A stretch of 64,000 bases of DNA from Octopus bimaculoides (lineage: Eukaryota): assembly GCF_001194135.2 (NCBI RefSeq), contig NC_069004.1:16559099-16623098 (forward strand), written 5' to 3'. A program made the position numbers and the translations under genes. The notes beneath the pieces were generated by a model. It was not told the DNA's origin. It was given only the letters and a program-made list of their open reading frames with translations, and searched no databases. This document shows, one piece after another, positions 23,200 to 35,851 of this stretch. Position 1 is the stretch's first letter, and each line of letters begins with the position of its first letter.

Positions 23200-24089
23200 T
23201 AGTCAAATAGTGTCGCTAGCGCGCATATGTGCATATGCATGTGTACGCATAAGTGCATATGAATGTGAATATGTATGTATTCAAGTGTGTGCGACTGCGT
23301 ACACAGACCACATTTAGTAAGATATTTTGTCTTAAGATAGGAAAGCTATGAAGTCTAACAAAAGCATATCAGAAATGACATGATGTAATGTTTATACTTT
23401 TATTACATCCACTACTGTTCAGTTTTGAAGTTTGCCCCACTTTGCTTGTGTATAGGTGTGTACATACGCGAACACCGTTTTGTATTATTAGTGTGCAGAA
23501 TGTCTAAGGACTCATTCTCGTTGCTTCCGCCCACCTCTGCTAACGAATGCGCGCGCGCGCGCTCATATCCCACAGTTTAATGAACTCAACATTTTCACCC
23601 TGGTTTTTCATGTCTTTGAAACCTTACGAGATAGATAGATACACAGATACACACAAACACGTACACAACCCTTGCTGTGTATATGTATTATGAAAGTGTG
23701 TTATGTAGTAGCCAACATATTTTCATGTTGCAACAAACGGCACCGGATGAACTAGGTTGTTGTTTGCACGTGACTCTTATCGACCAACCATGCGTCGGAA
23801 TCCAAGTACGCATGCGTTGTTAGATTCCGCTGTTCGTCTCCTCCCACCTCGACACTATCCTTCTACCTCCTCACTATTTCTAACTCTTGTAACGCCTCAC
23901 CTTTCGCAATTGCCACTACGTCTGCTACCACCACCTCCTCCTCTTCCTCATAACAGTAGTGGCTGTAGTAGTAGTAGTAGTAGTAGTAGTGTCAATAGCG
24001 ACACTACTATAGATGTGTCTATGTAGGGAGCTATGTAATAATATTGTGTATGTATGTACATACATAGATGTATGCGTGTGGCAGATTAC

Positions 24090-24144
<55 letters not shown>

Positions 24145-24319
24145 CATACATACATACATACACGTATGCGTGTGTGTAGAATGACACTCTGCTAGATAGA
24201 CGTATATGTTTTATATACGTCTGTCTTGTATAGCTCATAACATTGATACTTCTCTTTGCTTTTACTACTGGGGTGTATAAGCACATGTTTTCATACATTG
24301 AATTCTGTTAATACAAGTA

Positions 24320-24360
<41 letters not shown>

Positions 24361-26392
24361 GCTAGTACTACCACCCACTCTGATACTACTACTACTACTA
24401 CTGCTGCTGCTGCTGTTTGCTACTTACCAGGAGACCTACTATCTATAACACCAATGGCCTGCTACAACTGACTTCAGACGATCCACTTACGGCCATCAGG
24501 TTAGCAATACAAGCTTTTCGTTAGCTTTTTCATCTGGCTCTATATTTTTCTTTTTGCGTGTGTGTGTCTACACACACACACACACACACATTAAAAAACC
24601 TGGTGTATGTGTCTAAACATACATTAGGTTTGTATGTTATTTTTCATTTCATTCGATTGCTGTATGAACCCCCACACACTTATCATAACCTGTCCATGTA
24701 ATGTCTCCCTACCTCCCTTCTGGCAATAATAAAGAACGAATTATCATCATCACATACACCCATAACAAGTGTGTGTTTTTCATACACCCATTGTCATTTC
24801 TTCCTTTGAACAGAAATTGATAGCAACACCATCAATGGCTAACAGTTTATTGATGGCTATCAATCAGCTTATATTTTCATGCCTCGTACTACATTTTTGC
24901 TCTGGTAGTAGTAGTGCGTATGTGTATGTATGTATGTATGTATGTATCATCATCGTATACACATATACTATACCTTCTGGTACTGCTAGTGGTGCTGTTT
25001 ATGGTGCTTGTAATGGTACAATTTGCAGTAGCTGTATTTGTTGTTGGTATAACAGCTTTGGCAGTATTAGTTAGGGGTGCGTGTGTGTGTTTTTAGTACC
25101 CTGTTTCTCGTCCCCATGAAGTCCCGTTTCTCGACACATTCGTTTATGACACTTGTTCGACATTTATTTCCACCCCCTCCTTTAACATACACATTACACC
25201 TTCCTCCTCTCTCTCTCTCTTTCAACTCTATCGTTTTTCTTGTAACACACCAAAGTCGTCATCACCAGCGTCATGGAGTTTTTTTTTAAATCTTTTTTTT
25301 TTTTGTTTTTCTTTTAGAATTTAATATATTTTCGATAGAGATTTTTTTGTGGAGAAATAGATCTGTATATACAGTACCTATTTGACACTGTGATAGAACT
25401 CATATATATAAATACACATATACAGAGTATCTGTTATAAAAGAAATGTTTATCATCACCATTATTATTACATCCATCGCCGCCATCACGTCACCCCTACC
25501 CTTCCTCTTTTTGCTGATTGTATTTTATTGCTCGCCTATTATTACAACTGCTACCTACCATCTACCAGGAAGATGATTATTATTATTAAACTCACTATCC
25601 TTACTTCAACCGTTACTGAAATGATTTTTTAACACAACTGCTCTTTGAACGAGCATTTTTAAATATGGTGCTGATGATGATGAACACAATAATAATAATA
25701 ATAATCAATATTTGTATTATTACATGGTTGAGGTGCTCCTCCGCTTTAACCTCAACAAGAGAATGTCTATGTGGTCGTTCGGCATGCTAAAAATAGCCAT
25801 AAAATCGTATCCTACTGCCTTAAATAAGAAAAGGACATATTGGATAATGTAGTCTTGCGTATCCCTAAGAAAAACGTGATGTTAGCGAGAATGTCTTTGA
25901 TCATTGCTATGCTCGATCGGGGATTGACCTAGGGTTAAACAACACCAACAAACCTCATTGATAACGCCCTTGGAAGAAGCATAAACGTCATTACAAGCCG
26001 TTTTTCCTCAACTGTAGTATTATTATTTGTTCTGGTATTCATATTTTCTGCTTATAAATCATAGTGCATATGTTAAATCTTCCATTTTCATTTGTACTCC
26101 CACCCCAAAATGATCTAGGGATATGCGTGTGTGCTGGCCATGAATTAAACAGAAATTGTGATAGCAGTCCAGCATTAGTTTGATGTTTGAAACAACAGTT
26201 TCTTCCCCCCCCCCTCTCTAGTCTTCTTGATGGGCGTCCTTCTCTGCCCTCTACCTACATACAACATACACCACTGTGATGGTTTAAAACTGGAGGCTTT
26301 TTAGTCTTTCAGCTCTACCATCTTTTAATTCCATTTTTATCCACCTCATGTGTGTGTGTGTGTATATATATATCTGTATGTATATATATATC

Positions 26393-26426
<34 letters not shown>

Positions 26427-27350
26427 TATATACACAAACATATACACACGCTCGCGCGTATAGACGTATATAATATACATACATTCTTCCTCACCTATTC
26501 CAGCCACGTGTTATGCAATAAGACATATCAATAACCAATTTTTTTTTTTTTTTTTTTTTTTNNNNNNNNNNTTTTTTTTTTTTTTTTTTTTGTTAATTTA
26601 CTACAACCCACTGATCGATATGAAACTGCGGAAATCTTGTATGTAGTGTTGGTTATCGGTAGACGTTGCCATGTTGGATATGTTTTTATTGCAACGTGCC
26701 CGTTAGGTGGATGTTCAATACACAAACTAGCCTGCTGCTACTATCTCGACTACTGTCATTTCTGCAATCCATAACTGCTGCTGCTGCTACTACTACTACT
26801 ATAATTAATGGCTATTATATTTACAGAGGATAGATGAACGTTTATGTTTACAAACGATAAAAGTAAAATACGTGTAATATTTTATGAAAAGATGGGGCTT
26901 CTTGAATCGTTACTCTGATTTCACGTTTGGGATTATTCAAACGAATGTTTTGAATTTTGAATCATCGAGGAAACGTGAAACTCAGCAACGATTCAGGAAG
27001 CTTCAGCTTCTGATAAAATAATTACACGCCCGCGCGCTCATGCACACACATGTGTGTTATATATATGCATATTCTTCTTGAACTATCTTTTCGATAATGT
27101 TCGAATTTACAAAGTTCCATAGTCAGCTCTCATCTTCCAGAATTTCTTTTATCCCTTTAAATAACCCTATGGGAAGGCTCTCTCCGCCCCTTGTATGCCA
27201 TTACAAACCGGAAGTTTTGGTTCATAGTATGGTATGGCACGTGCAAAAGAAAATCTATGAACGTTCCCCCTGTGAAAATTCCATGAAATTCATTTATTTC
27301 GCATCCATGTTCGAGAATTGTGTACACGCAAAATAACTGGTACACTTTAT
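23200..27350. promoter_or_regulatory. Intronic CpG-retaining island, candidate internal or bidirectional promoter
   Basis: Hand count of 25 CpG in 23461-23880 and 15 in 26821-27120, versus 1 in 36001-36420; GC boxes at 23527 and 27184; CACGTG at 23767 and 27238; NRF1-like ACGCATGCGT at 23808. Confidence 0.6.
25760..25955 (+). mobile_element. Interspersed repeat family E copy (second copy at 53640-53840)
   Basis: GTGGTC.TTC...TGCTA.AAATAG head, GGATAAT.TAGT centre and TAAACA(A/G)C tail shared between the two copies. Confidence 0.6.
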
Positions 27351-28781
27351 TTACAAAACTCCATTTATTATAGTGCCCACTGTATGTATTTTGTATGTCC
27401 ATTTATTGCTGTTCAGAAAGAATCTCAAGGATCCATTCTTCTAGTGATGTGGACACATAAATCTGTTCTCATTTATGAAGACATGATGTCCCAGAGAGCA
27501 ATGGTTGTTTACGAAGGGAGGTAATGAGCACAAAGAATTTGTAAACCAAACTTAGCTGGAATTGCCCCAGTTTAATTTGCATATGTCCAAGTAATCTGTC
27601 ACTGATTTTATGTTTGCGAGTTTTGTTTCCCTTATTGTAAAAGTCTGTTTTTATTGAAGATTTTCTGTTGCTGGTCAACACGGAACTACTTGATTCTTCT
27701 GCATTTATTAAAGGGGTTTCAAAAAATTGAATTGTTTCAGCTTTTTAGTGTGCCTGTTCCATGTTTATCAGTATTGAATGGGATTAATTTTAAGGTAGTA
27801 ATGAATTTCTTTGATATCTGTTGTAAGTCAAGATTATAGACATGCATCAACTTAGACGTTAGACAAACAGTCAACATTGAGGAAAGATATTTTATCTGAC
27901 TCGCAACTGATGGTGTATATTAGATGGTTGTGTTAATGTTTATAAGTGTTTCTAATTTAAGCATTTAACACTTTTGACTGATACTTTATTTTATCAACCT
28001 CGAAGGATTTCAACTCAGAATGTTAACTCAAACAAATATTGCAAGACATTTTTCCAATGTTCTAATGATTCTATCAGCTCTCCACCTTTGTATAATAAAT
28101 AACATAAAGGTCAGGATGTAAAGAAGATGGACAGTGTTCAAACAACTGCTGTTGTTTAACAATTTTTCTTGAGATTACATGCAGCATGAGGCTGCAAAAT
28201 ATGAAACATTTGATGCACTGCTTGTTGTGGTTGGTAAGAAAAGAATTGAGTATAGTCTGTTAGAAATAGGAAGTGCGTTTAAGATAGTAAACTGGACATG
28301 AAAGCAGTGGTAGATGTATACATTATTATCACAAGGAGTGAAGTGCAGAAGTTGGAATATAGGTTTGAAGCTGGAATTTCTGAATAATTTTTAATTTCTG
28401 GAGTTGATAACATTATAGTCCTCTACCATGTGAATGGGTTTTAACTTTTCTTCCTTTTTTTTTCTTCTTTTTTTTTTTTGTTAATAGGGATGTAGACAGC
28501 GCCATTGAGTGAGTGTTGGCCATCTTATTTCATAAAGGTACAAGATGGAGACCACATGTACCACCAGTTAAAGTATTACTAGATTGCAAGGCTAAAAGAC
28601 TCTTAAATGAGAGGGTTTGATACTGTATTTAGCTAGCTAATCCTATCAACACTATCTGTAGTCTGTTAGGGTTTATTTATTTATTGCAAATGTTATTCCT
28701 GTCTCGTTGACTATATTATCAGTTTGGTTTTGATGTTACAAAATAATTTACAATTACATTTTGTTTATTTTTCATTTACAG

Positions 28782-28929
28782 TCTTACAAAATGGACAGCG
28801 CAAAAGCAATGTTTTCAGGTTCAAATTACAAGATAATCATTTTGTCAATACTCAAACTACAAGCTGTTTGTTTACAAACCCCATTAGTAATGAGGCTGAA
28901 TGCATAACCTCAACACATGTTATTCTTAG
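28782..28929 (+). CDS. NCOA: NCOA exon, PAS-B end (VLQNGQRKSNVFRFKLQDNHFVNTQTTSCLF...STHVILR)
   Basis: tttacag|TC...TTAG|gtaagt; 148 nt, phase 1-2; continues QHLQD|VLQNG across a 21.9 kb intron. Confidence 0.92.
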
Positions 28930-31900
28930 GTAAGTTTCAAATTTCCTACCATATTACGTACATTTTTATTGTTTATTTTTATTATTCATCGTCATCCTCA
29001 TCATTTAAACTCCCACTTTCCATGCTGGCTTAGATGGTTTGACTGGGATTGGCAAGCCAGAGGGCTGCGCCAGGCTCCAGTCTGACTTGGCATGGTTTCT
29101 ATGGTTGGATGCCCTTCCTAACGCCAACCACTCTGAGAGTGTAATGGGTACATTTTCCGTGCCACCAATACGGGTTCCATTTACATGACACCAGTAACAG
29201 CCATGATTATGATTTCATGGGTGTCATTTACATGACACTGTCAAAAGCTATGACTACATTAAAATAAGAGGAGTTGAACATTTAGATATTTTTAATAAGC
29301 CTGTTTATACTTCCCATTTAAGTAATCCTTTATAAAGACAATAAAACCTACTTAAGCTTGTAAGTTGAGAGACTGGGCCATAGTTTTATGAAGTAACAAG
29401 AAATAATAAAGGTTATTTGTAATAAGTTGTGTTATGTCAATGATAACTGGAGGAGAGGAGTGCAATACATTAGAGTACATATAAAGCATGCTGGTGGTAC
29501 AAATAAAGCACGCAGTACATGCTGTAAAGTGGTTGGCATAAAAAGAGCATCCATTTGTAGAAACCATGCCAAACAGACACTGGAGCACAATGCAGTCTTT
29601 CGACCCATCAGATCCTGTCAAACCGCCCAATCCATGTCAACATGGAACATAACAGCTAAATAATGATGGTAATGGTAGTCTTTGTTATTAATAATCCTAT
29701 TAATTTTCTCTTGTAGATCATAGATGATTGGATTGTGTGAATTGGTGGAGAAATTTTTCACCATGGGTTTTGGATACCTTGACTCTTCATAAAACCTTGC
29801 CAGAAAGATCTAGCTGGCTGAGTTGATTAGCTCTTAGCATACCAGGTGCAAAAGAACATTCAAATCTTGCTGCCTAACTCCATTATCATCTTCTTCATCT
29901 TTTAATTTGTTTTCCATGCTAGCATGGGTTGGATTTGTGTTTAGATACCAAGGAGAGGTACAGTTCAATTGCAATAAGCAAGGTTATTGTACAATTGTTG
30001 ACTAAGTGGCAAGTTGCAGAATTGTTTGAGTGTCAGAAAAAATGCCTTGCAGTATTTGTTAATTGCTGGCAAAGCCACAGTATTTTGTTTTGCAACCACA
30101 ATATATACTATCAAGTATGTTAAAGATTTATAAATCGATAGTGTGCCTTTTGTGTTAGCAGTGTGTTTTCATTTCTTAGTTTAGCTCGACAGATTTTCTA
30201 TGGAGCTCAGGGCCAACACTGAAACTTATGACATTTTGTGTATGGTTCTATCTATGTAAACATCCATTACTTATTTTTCTGTCTTTGATTGTTTTGTTTT
30301 TATAGGTGTACTCGTATATATAAAATATCGTAACTTTCAGTGCTGGCTCTGAACTTTATAGAAAACCTGTAGAGATTAGACTTTAAAATTTGCAGTATTT
30401 GTTCCACTCTTTTTCTTCTGAGCTTGAATCCAAGATCAGTTTTGCCTTTAATTCTTTCAGGATCAATATAATAAAGTTCCAGTCAAGTGTTGGGTTGATG
30501 GTATTAACTCCCACTCATCAAAATTGCTGGCTTGTGGCTAAATTAGAAACCATTATGATCAATGAATGCCTTGATTAAATTACAGTGTCGTTATCAAATC
30601 CTTTTTACAGATTACTAGAGATAGCTATAACCATATCTTCCCTATAGTATTACTATTATTACCTATAGAGATTATAGAATTAGTTTTTTTTCATTGCTTT
30701 CATAGCTTCCCATGACTCTGCTATCATCCAATTCCATTATTGCAAATTTGAATTGGTAGCTTGATTCATAGTGAATCTTTCATTAGCTGATTACACAAAC
30801 ATGGACACCACCCCTGTGGATGCATTGCAGTTACTCTCTTAATAGAGCTTGGTGATCCTGACTTGACTCCTCCACTCCACCATGCTGCAGTCCCATGACT
30901 TTGCCATATTGCTGGCAGGATGGTTGAACAGGTGCTATGCAGGGCACAGTCATCACTCCATGAGGTGTTTTCAAAATAACCATATACTCTAATAGAATTA
31001 GTCAACTAATCGATCAGTTTTAATATTTTTTTTTTTAAATAATATTTTTGACTTCATATTGAGGATATACATCTTAGAGATGTGACCTAATCCTTGGATT
31101 ATTGATGAATGGTTCCATATTAGTTTGGTTCTGTCACTTCTAATGAATACTGAATCCTCTTCATTTAATACTGTTGCTGTTAATACAACCTCCAATACCT
31201 TACTAAGAATATTTACAGTGTTCTTATACTCTGGAAATATGGAAAAATGTGTCCATTATATTTATTCAGCTGTTGTAGAGATTCCACTGATATATCGCAG
31301 TATAAACATTGCTGTCACTCTACTGTTCTTTATCTGCTGATATAATGAACAAAATGCCAAATGGTTGAATGGTATTATGTAATTACTTCAGAATAACAAA
31401 GATTTGGTCAGTATGTGACAGGTATAGCAGTTAGAGGATTTTGTAACCCTTTATTCACCACAGTACAACAATGTTTCCATTGTTTCTTGTGAAATTTCAA
31501 AAATAATAAAGGTTTTGGCAATGTTTTAATAAATTCTTTGTAACTGAGACCCGCAACGGGGTATAATTATCTCACTTAAAAAAGTGTTGCTGTTGCCCAT
31601 GCAGACCTCCAAGACTGCATCCACAAAAACCTCACCTGTCTAATATAAAGTTATTCATGGAACTCTCTGGCCTCTTTCACAGGTGCACTAACTTTTTTTT
31701 TTTTTTTTCCTACCAGTACTATAATGGCCTCTGCTCCTCAGAGCTGTTTGGGTTCATGCTGCATCCACTTTGGCACTCCTAACGCCCCACTTGTTATTCT
31801 TGTGTCCAAATGCCTGGTCCATCTTCCGCAGAATGTCATCCCTCTAGAATTTCCTTTCTGCTTATGTCTTTCTCACTGGTGTTGTCTTACAAAGGTCATT

Positions 31901-32487
31901 AACAGACCAGCAAATATTGCTAGTTAAAAAAAGTACTTTGGAGCAGTGATCCTCAAACTAACAAATACCAGCCTCTAATATTTGTGAAAATCTCTCTGAG
32001 ACAAAATAGAGTTTGTGTTTGTTTCTTCACTATGGTGTTGGACAAGCTAAAATTTTAATTTCATTAAACATGGCAATTTGTCCCTTTTTATTCCTCACAG
32101 CCCCATAAGTAACATTGCTCTGAAGTACCATTTCTATAGACTGGATAGAATTTGATATCAAAGCAACATTTTTCTGAGATGTTATCAGAGATGTGAAGAT
32201 TGATTGTAACCAATTGAGTTGTCCAATCAATGATTTACTAGTCTATATACTTTCAGAAGACATTGTTAAACAGAGTGCTGGAGTAACATATTTAGAGGTG
32301 TAACCTGAGTTGGGGAGATCCTATAGTCAAGCAGCCACCAGTACTTTTGTAGCTGTTATTCTCTATTTGCTGCTGTATACTTACCAAGCACTGTTGAATG
32401 TTAATCACAATTTTACATACAAAGCCAATATTTTGTATAATAAAAACAGGCTCACTGTATTTTCTGACATTAATAAATAGATCTACA

Positions 32488-32705
32488 TAAGGTGGCGAGC
32501 TGGCAGAATTGTTAGCACACCGGGCAAAATGCTTTGTAGCATTTCGTTCGTCTTTACATTCTGAACTCAAATTCTGCTGAAGCCAATTTTGTCTTTCATC
32601 CCTTTTGGGGTCGATAAAATAAGTACCATTTGAGCACTGGGGGTCAGTGTAATCAACTTAACCCCTCACCCAAATGCTGGCCTTGTGCCAAAATTTGAAA
32701 CTCAT
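32488..32705 (+). mobile_element. SINE family C copy, near full length
   Basis: AAGGTGGCGAGCTGGCAGAATTGTTAGC...GAACTCAAATTC...GGGGTCGATAAAATAAGTACC...CCTTGTGCCAAAATTTGAAAC. Confidence 0.8.
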
Positions 32706-35150
32706 CTACTTGCGGTAGCTTTATTAAGTGTTTAACTATTCCTTTTATATATTTATTAATAAATCAGTATCAGTGTTTGATTTGCAGCAAAATAAAGTGT
32801 TCATATTTCAATTTCAAACCTCTCATAAAGACTTTTTAAGTTATTTTACTGAATTTTCCAAAAAAACTTGATTATTTTCGAAATAAAATGCAACACATGG
32901 ACAATATATTTAGTTAGAAATATGGATGGTTATGAAAGTGTTAAACAATGAGTTATGAAATAAGAAAAAAATATATAGTTAAAGTATATATGTTTGAATT
33001 CCTGACCTTGTAGGTAGTAATATTGAAGCTTGTTACTCAGAGGACACATTTATATAATGGGTTCACTGCTTTATCCCAGCTTATGTTATCTTACAAAGGA
33101 GGTATGTTCACTCTTGCAGGATTTGAGCTTAGAACAGTGAGACACTAAAACAGATAAACTATCTAATTGTATGCTCCTCTTCAGTTTGGACAGCTAGGAT
33201 CACTTATTACTACTTTGATATGTCTTGTTTCAAGCAGAATTGTGAATATTTCATTATTGTCTACAGAATGAGTGCTGAGTAATTCCTAAGATTGATTATT
33301 TTCTAACATTTCCAGAGTTTCTGTGTGTCCACTAGCAGTTCAGTTTTTTTTTTTTTTTTCACTTCCAGTGCCAATAAGAACTTATTTAGGGTTGTGTTTC
33401 TTTCATTGCTCTAAAAAATGTTTTGTGAAGCCTTTAGATTACTTTCATGTGTTCAATTTCCAAACTTACTCCCTTCACTCTTAAAGTTCAGTGATTCAGT
33501 TGATTTCTCTCATGAAGTGGGTGTGGTTGATAAAATAAGTCGTCCTGTGATTGACTTTCTGTCATAAAAATTTATGTTCAGTCAATATTACCACTCTATT
33601 TACAAGGTACTCCCAATCATAATGTACTGAGGTAATTTCTAAAACTTGAATTTGTTCAATGACTGTTAGCTATTTCTGACATTGAAATTAAAAACATTTC
33701 TTATAAAAGTAAATATGAACCATTCTGCTTTAACCAACATATCTCTTGCACCCATACTCTCAATCAGCCACAAACACATAGATGACATAGTCATAGCCTT
33801 ATTTTAAAACATAAAATCTTTGTCTATTTATCTCATTAGGTCTAAAGATGCATGCCTTATGCACTATTATCACCATAACAGCATCATTTGTCTCTAGTCC
33901 TCAAATATCATGGGTCATAAATTTTCTTTTATAATAACTCCTAGTTATTTGCCGCCAGCTGTTCCTATTTTTCCTGCCTCGAGCAAAACTCATCAAAGCA
34001 TATCAAAATATAGTATTATTTTAATATATCCAGGTATTTTGTGCTCTTATAATGTCGGAACAGAGTGAACAAGGTGCTTACATCTATTCTTCAATACACT
34101 TGATGTTGGCTTAAGTTCATAGTAGCTTTCAGTTCAAATAATTAATCCAACCTTTGAATATTGTAATAACCTTGTTGAATGTGATTTCTATGCAGAATTT
34201 ACATTTGTCGCTCAGTTCATATTGAGTCTTAAAAAAAAAATCCAGTCAGGTAGTTCTGATAGATATTTGCAAGTAAATTGTAACTCTTGGCAACAGCAGG
34301 ACCTCACCAGAATATATCTATAGGTGGAGCTCAATTTGCTATTGGAAACTACCAGTTTATTATAGACACTGTTAAAATTTAAGTTTGAATTGTTGACTTT
34401 CGCTCTTTTCCCTGGTTTCAGAAGGTCCTCAGTCATAAATCATCATTGCAACTGGAAGTTAGTGGTTCTTATTCGTTTTCATAAATCTTGTTGGGTAACA
34501 ATTTCAAGTAATTTTAATTCTTTACCAATATTGGACTCTGGCTATGTGTGTTGAGGTATTTGTTATCTGTTCTGATTATGTTGCTTCTTGTATTTCTTTC
34601 CTTATAAAGTCTTACAATACCTAATACAGTTTTTATTCCCGAAAGTGTGAGATTTTGAAACTTTTTCAGTTTGGTTTATTGCTCTTTGTTTCTTTATTTT
34701 TTGTTATTGCCACCCAGTGTTCCTATTATGAAGGCCATGCACTATATTCTTCTTACCTTTATTTAAGACTTTGTAATTAGAACTTCCAATTTTATGTTCC
34801 TGTTCAAGACAGAAATAACCATCATTGATCAAGTCTTTAAATCTCAGACCTGATTTTTATAAAGGAGCAACTAAGATTTTTTTTTAATACAAACAAAAGT
34901 ATTTGGTAGACACTGATTTCATTGAAACCCTGTAGCTATCGTTTGGCCATCATTAATGGTTTAGTGAAAACAGTTGAAAACTAATTTCATATAGAATAAA
35001 TGTAAATTCAGTGTACTCTGTCAACCATAAGTTAATGGGATTGTTGTATTTTGTTCTCAAATCATTTACAAAGTTATAATGTTATATTGCGTGTGTTTGT
35101 GTTTGCATATTTTAAGTGATCTTTTATGTGTCTTATTTTGTCTTCTACAG

Positions 35151-35851
35151 AGAAAGTGATAAAGAGACAGATTTAAGACACCTAGGAAATGCCTTGAAAA
35201 CCATCATCAACAGCAACCCCTCATACCAACATTTACAGCAACAGGATCAAAGTGGTAGTGGCATGATGCCACCAGCACCTTCCCCTTATCCAGGGGAAAC
35301 TGGTTCCACTGTGAACATGAACCCGGATGGCATGGATGTACATGTTGGAAGCAACTCAAACAGTCGACTAGGCTGGGATATTTTCAATTCACATCAACAG
35401 TCTATAGACAACAGCATGTCCAATATGTCATACGGTACCCCATCTGTTGCCGTGATGGCTATGGGGGGCTTCAATATTGCTAGCACGGCATCAAATAATT
35501 CCTGGACCAATGTGTCTACTTCTCGCACTGCTCACAATTCTCAAATGCAGAGCATGATTTTAGCCAGCCTCGTGGGAGGTGAACCGGCTAGTTCAATGAA
35601 TAAACATTTATCATCTTCAGGAAACTTCCAGCAACAGCAGCAGCAGCAGCAGCAGCAAACCACTTTTGATGGTGTGAGAATGTCTAATTTTGCTGCTCGT
35701 GGACCTAGTATCGGTGGAAATCGGCATCGAAATATTAACCCTTCTCATATAGGTGGGCAACGCTCTCTTAATTCAACTGGATACCCAGCCCAAAGAAACC
35801 CTTTACTTTATCAGTTTCAGAGGAAAAATAATTTACCTGCTGTATCCTCTG
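35151..35851 (+). CDS. NCOA: NCOA exon, S/N/Q-rich linker with Q10 tract
   Basis: tctacag|A...TCTG|gtaaga; 701 nt, phase 2-1; lies within ORF 35116-35880. Confidence 0.9.
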
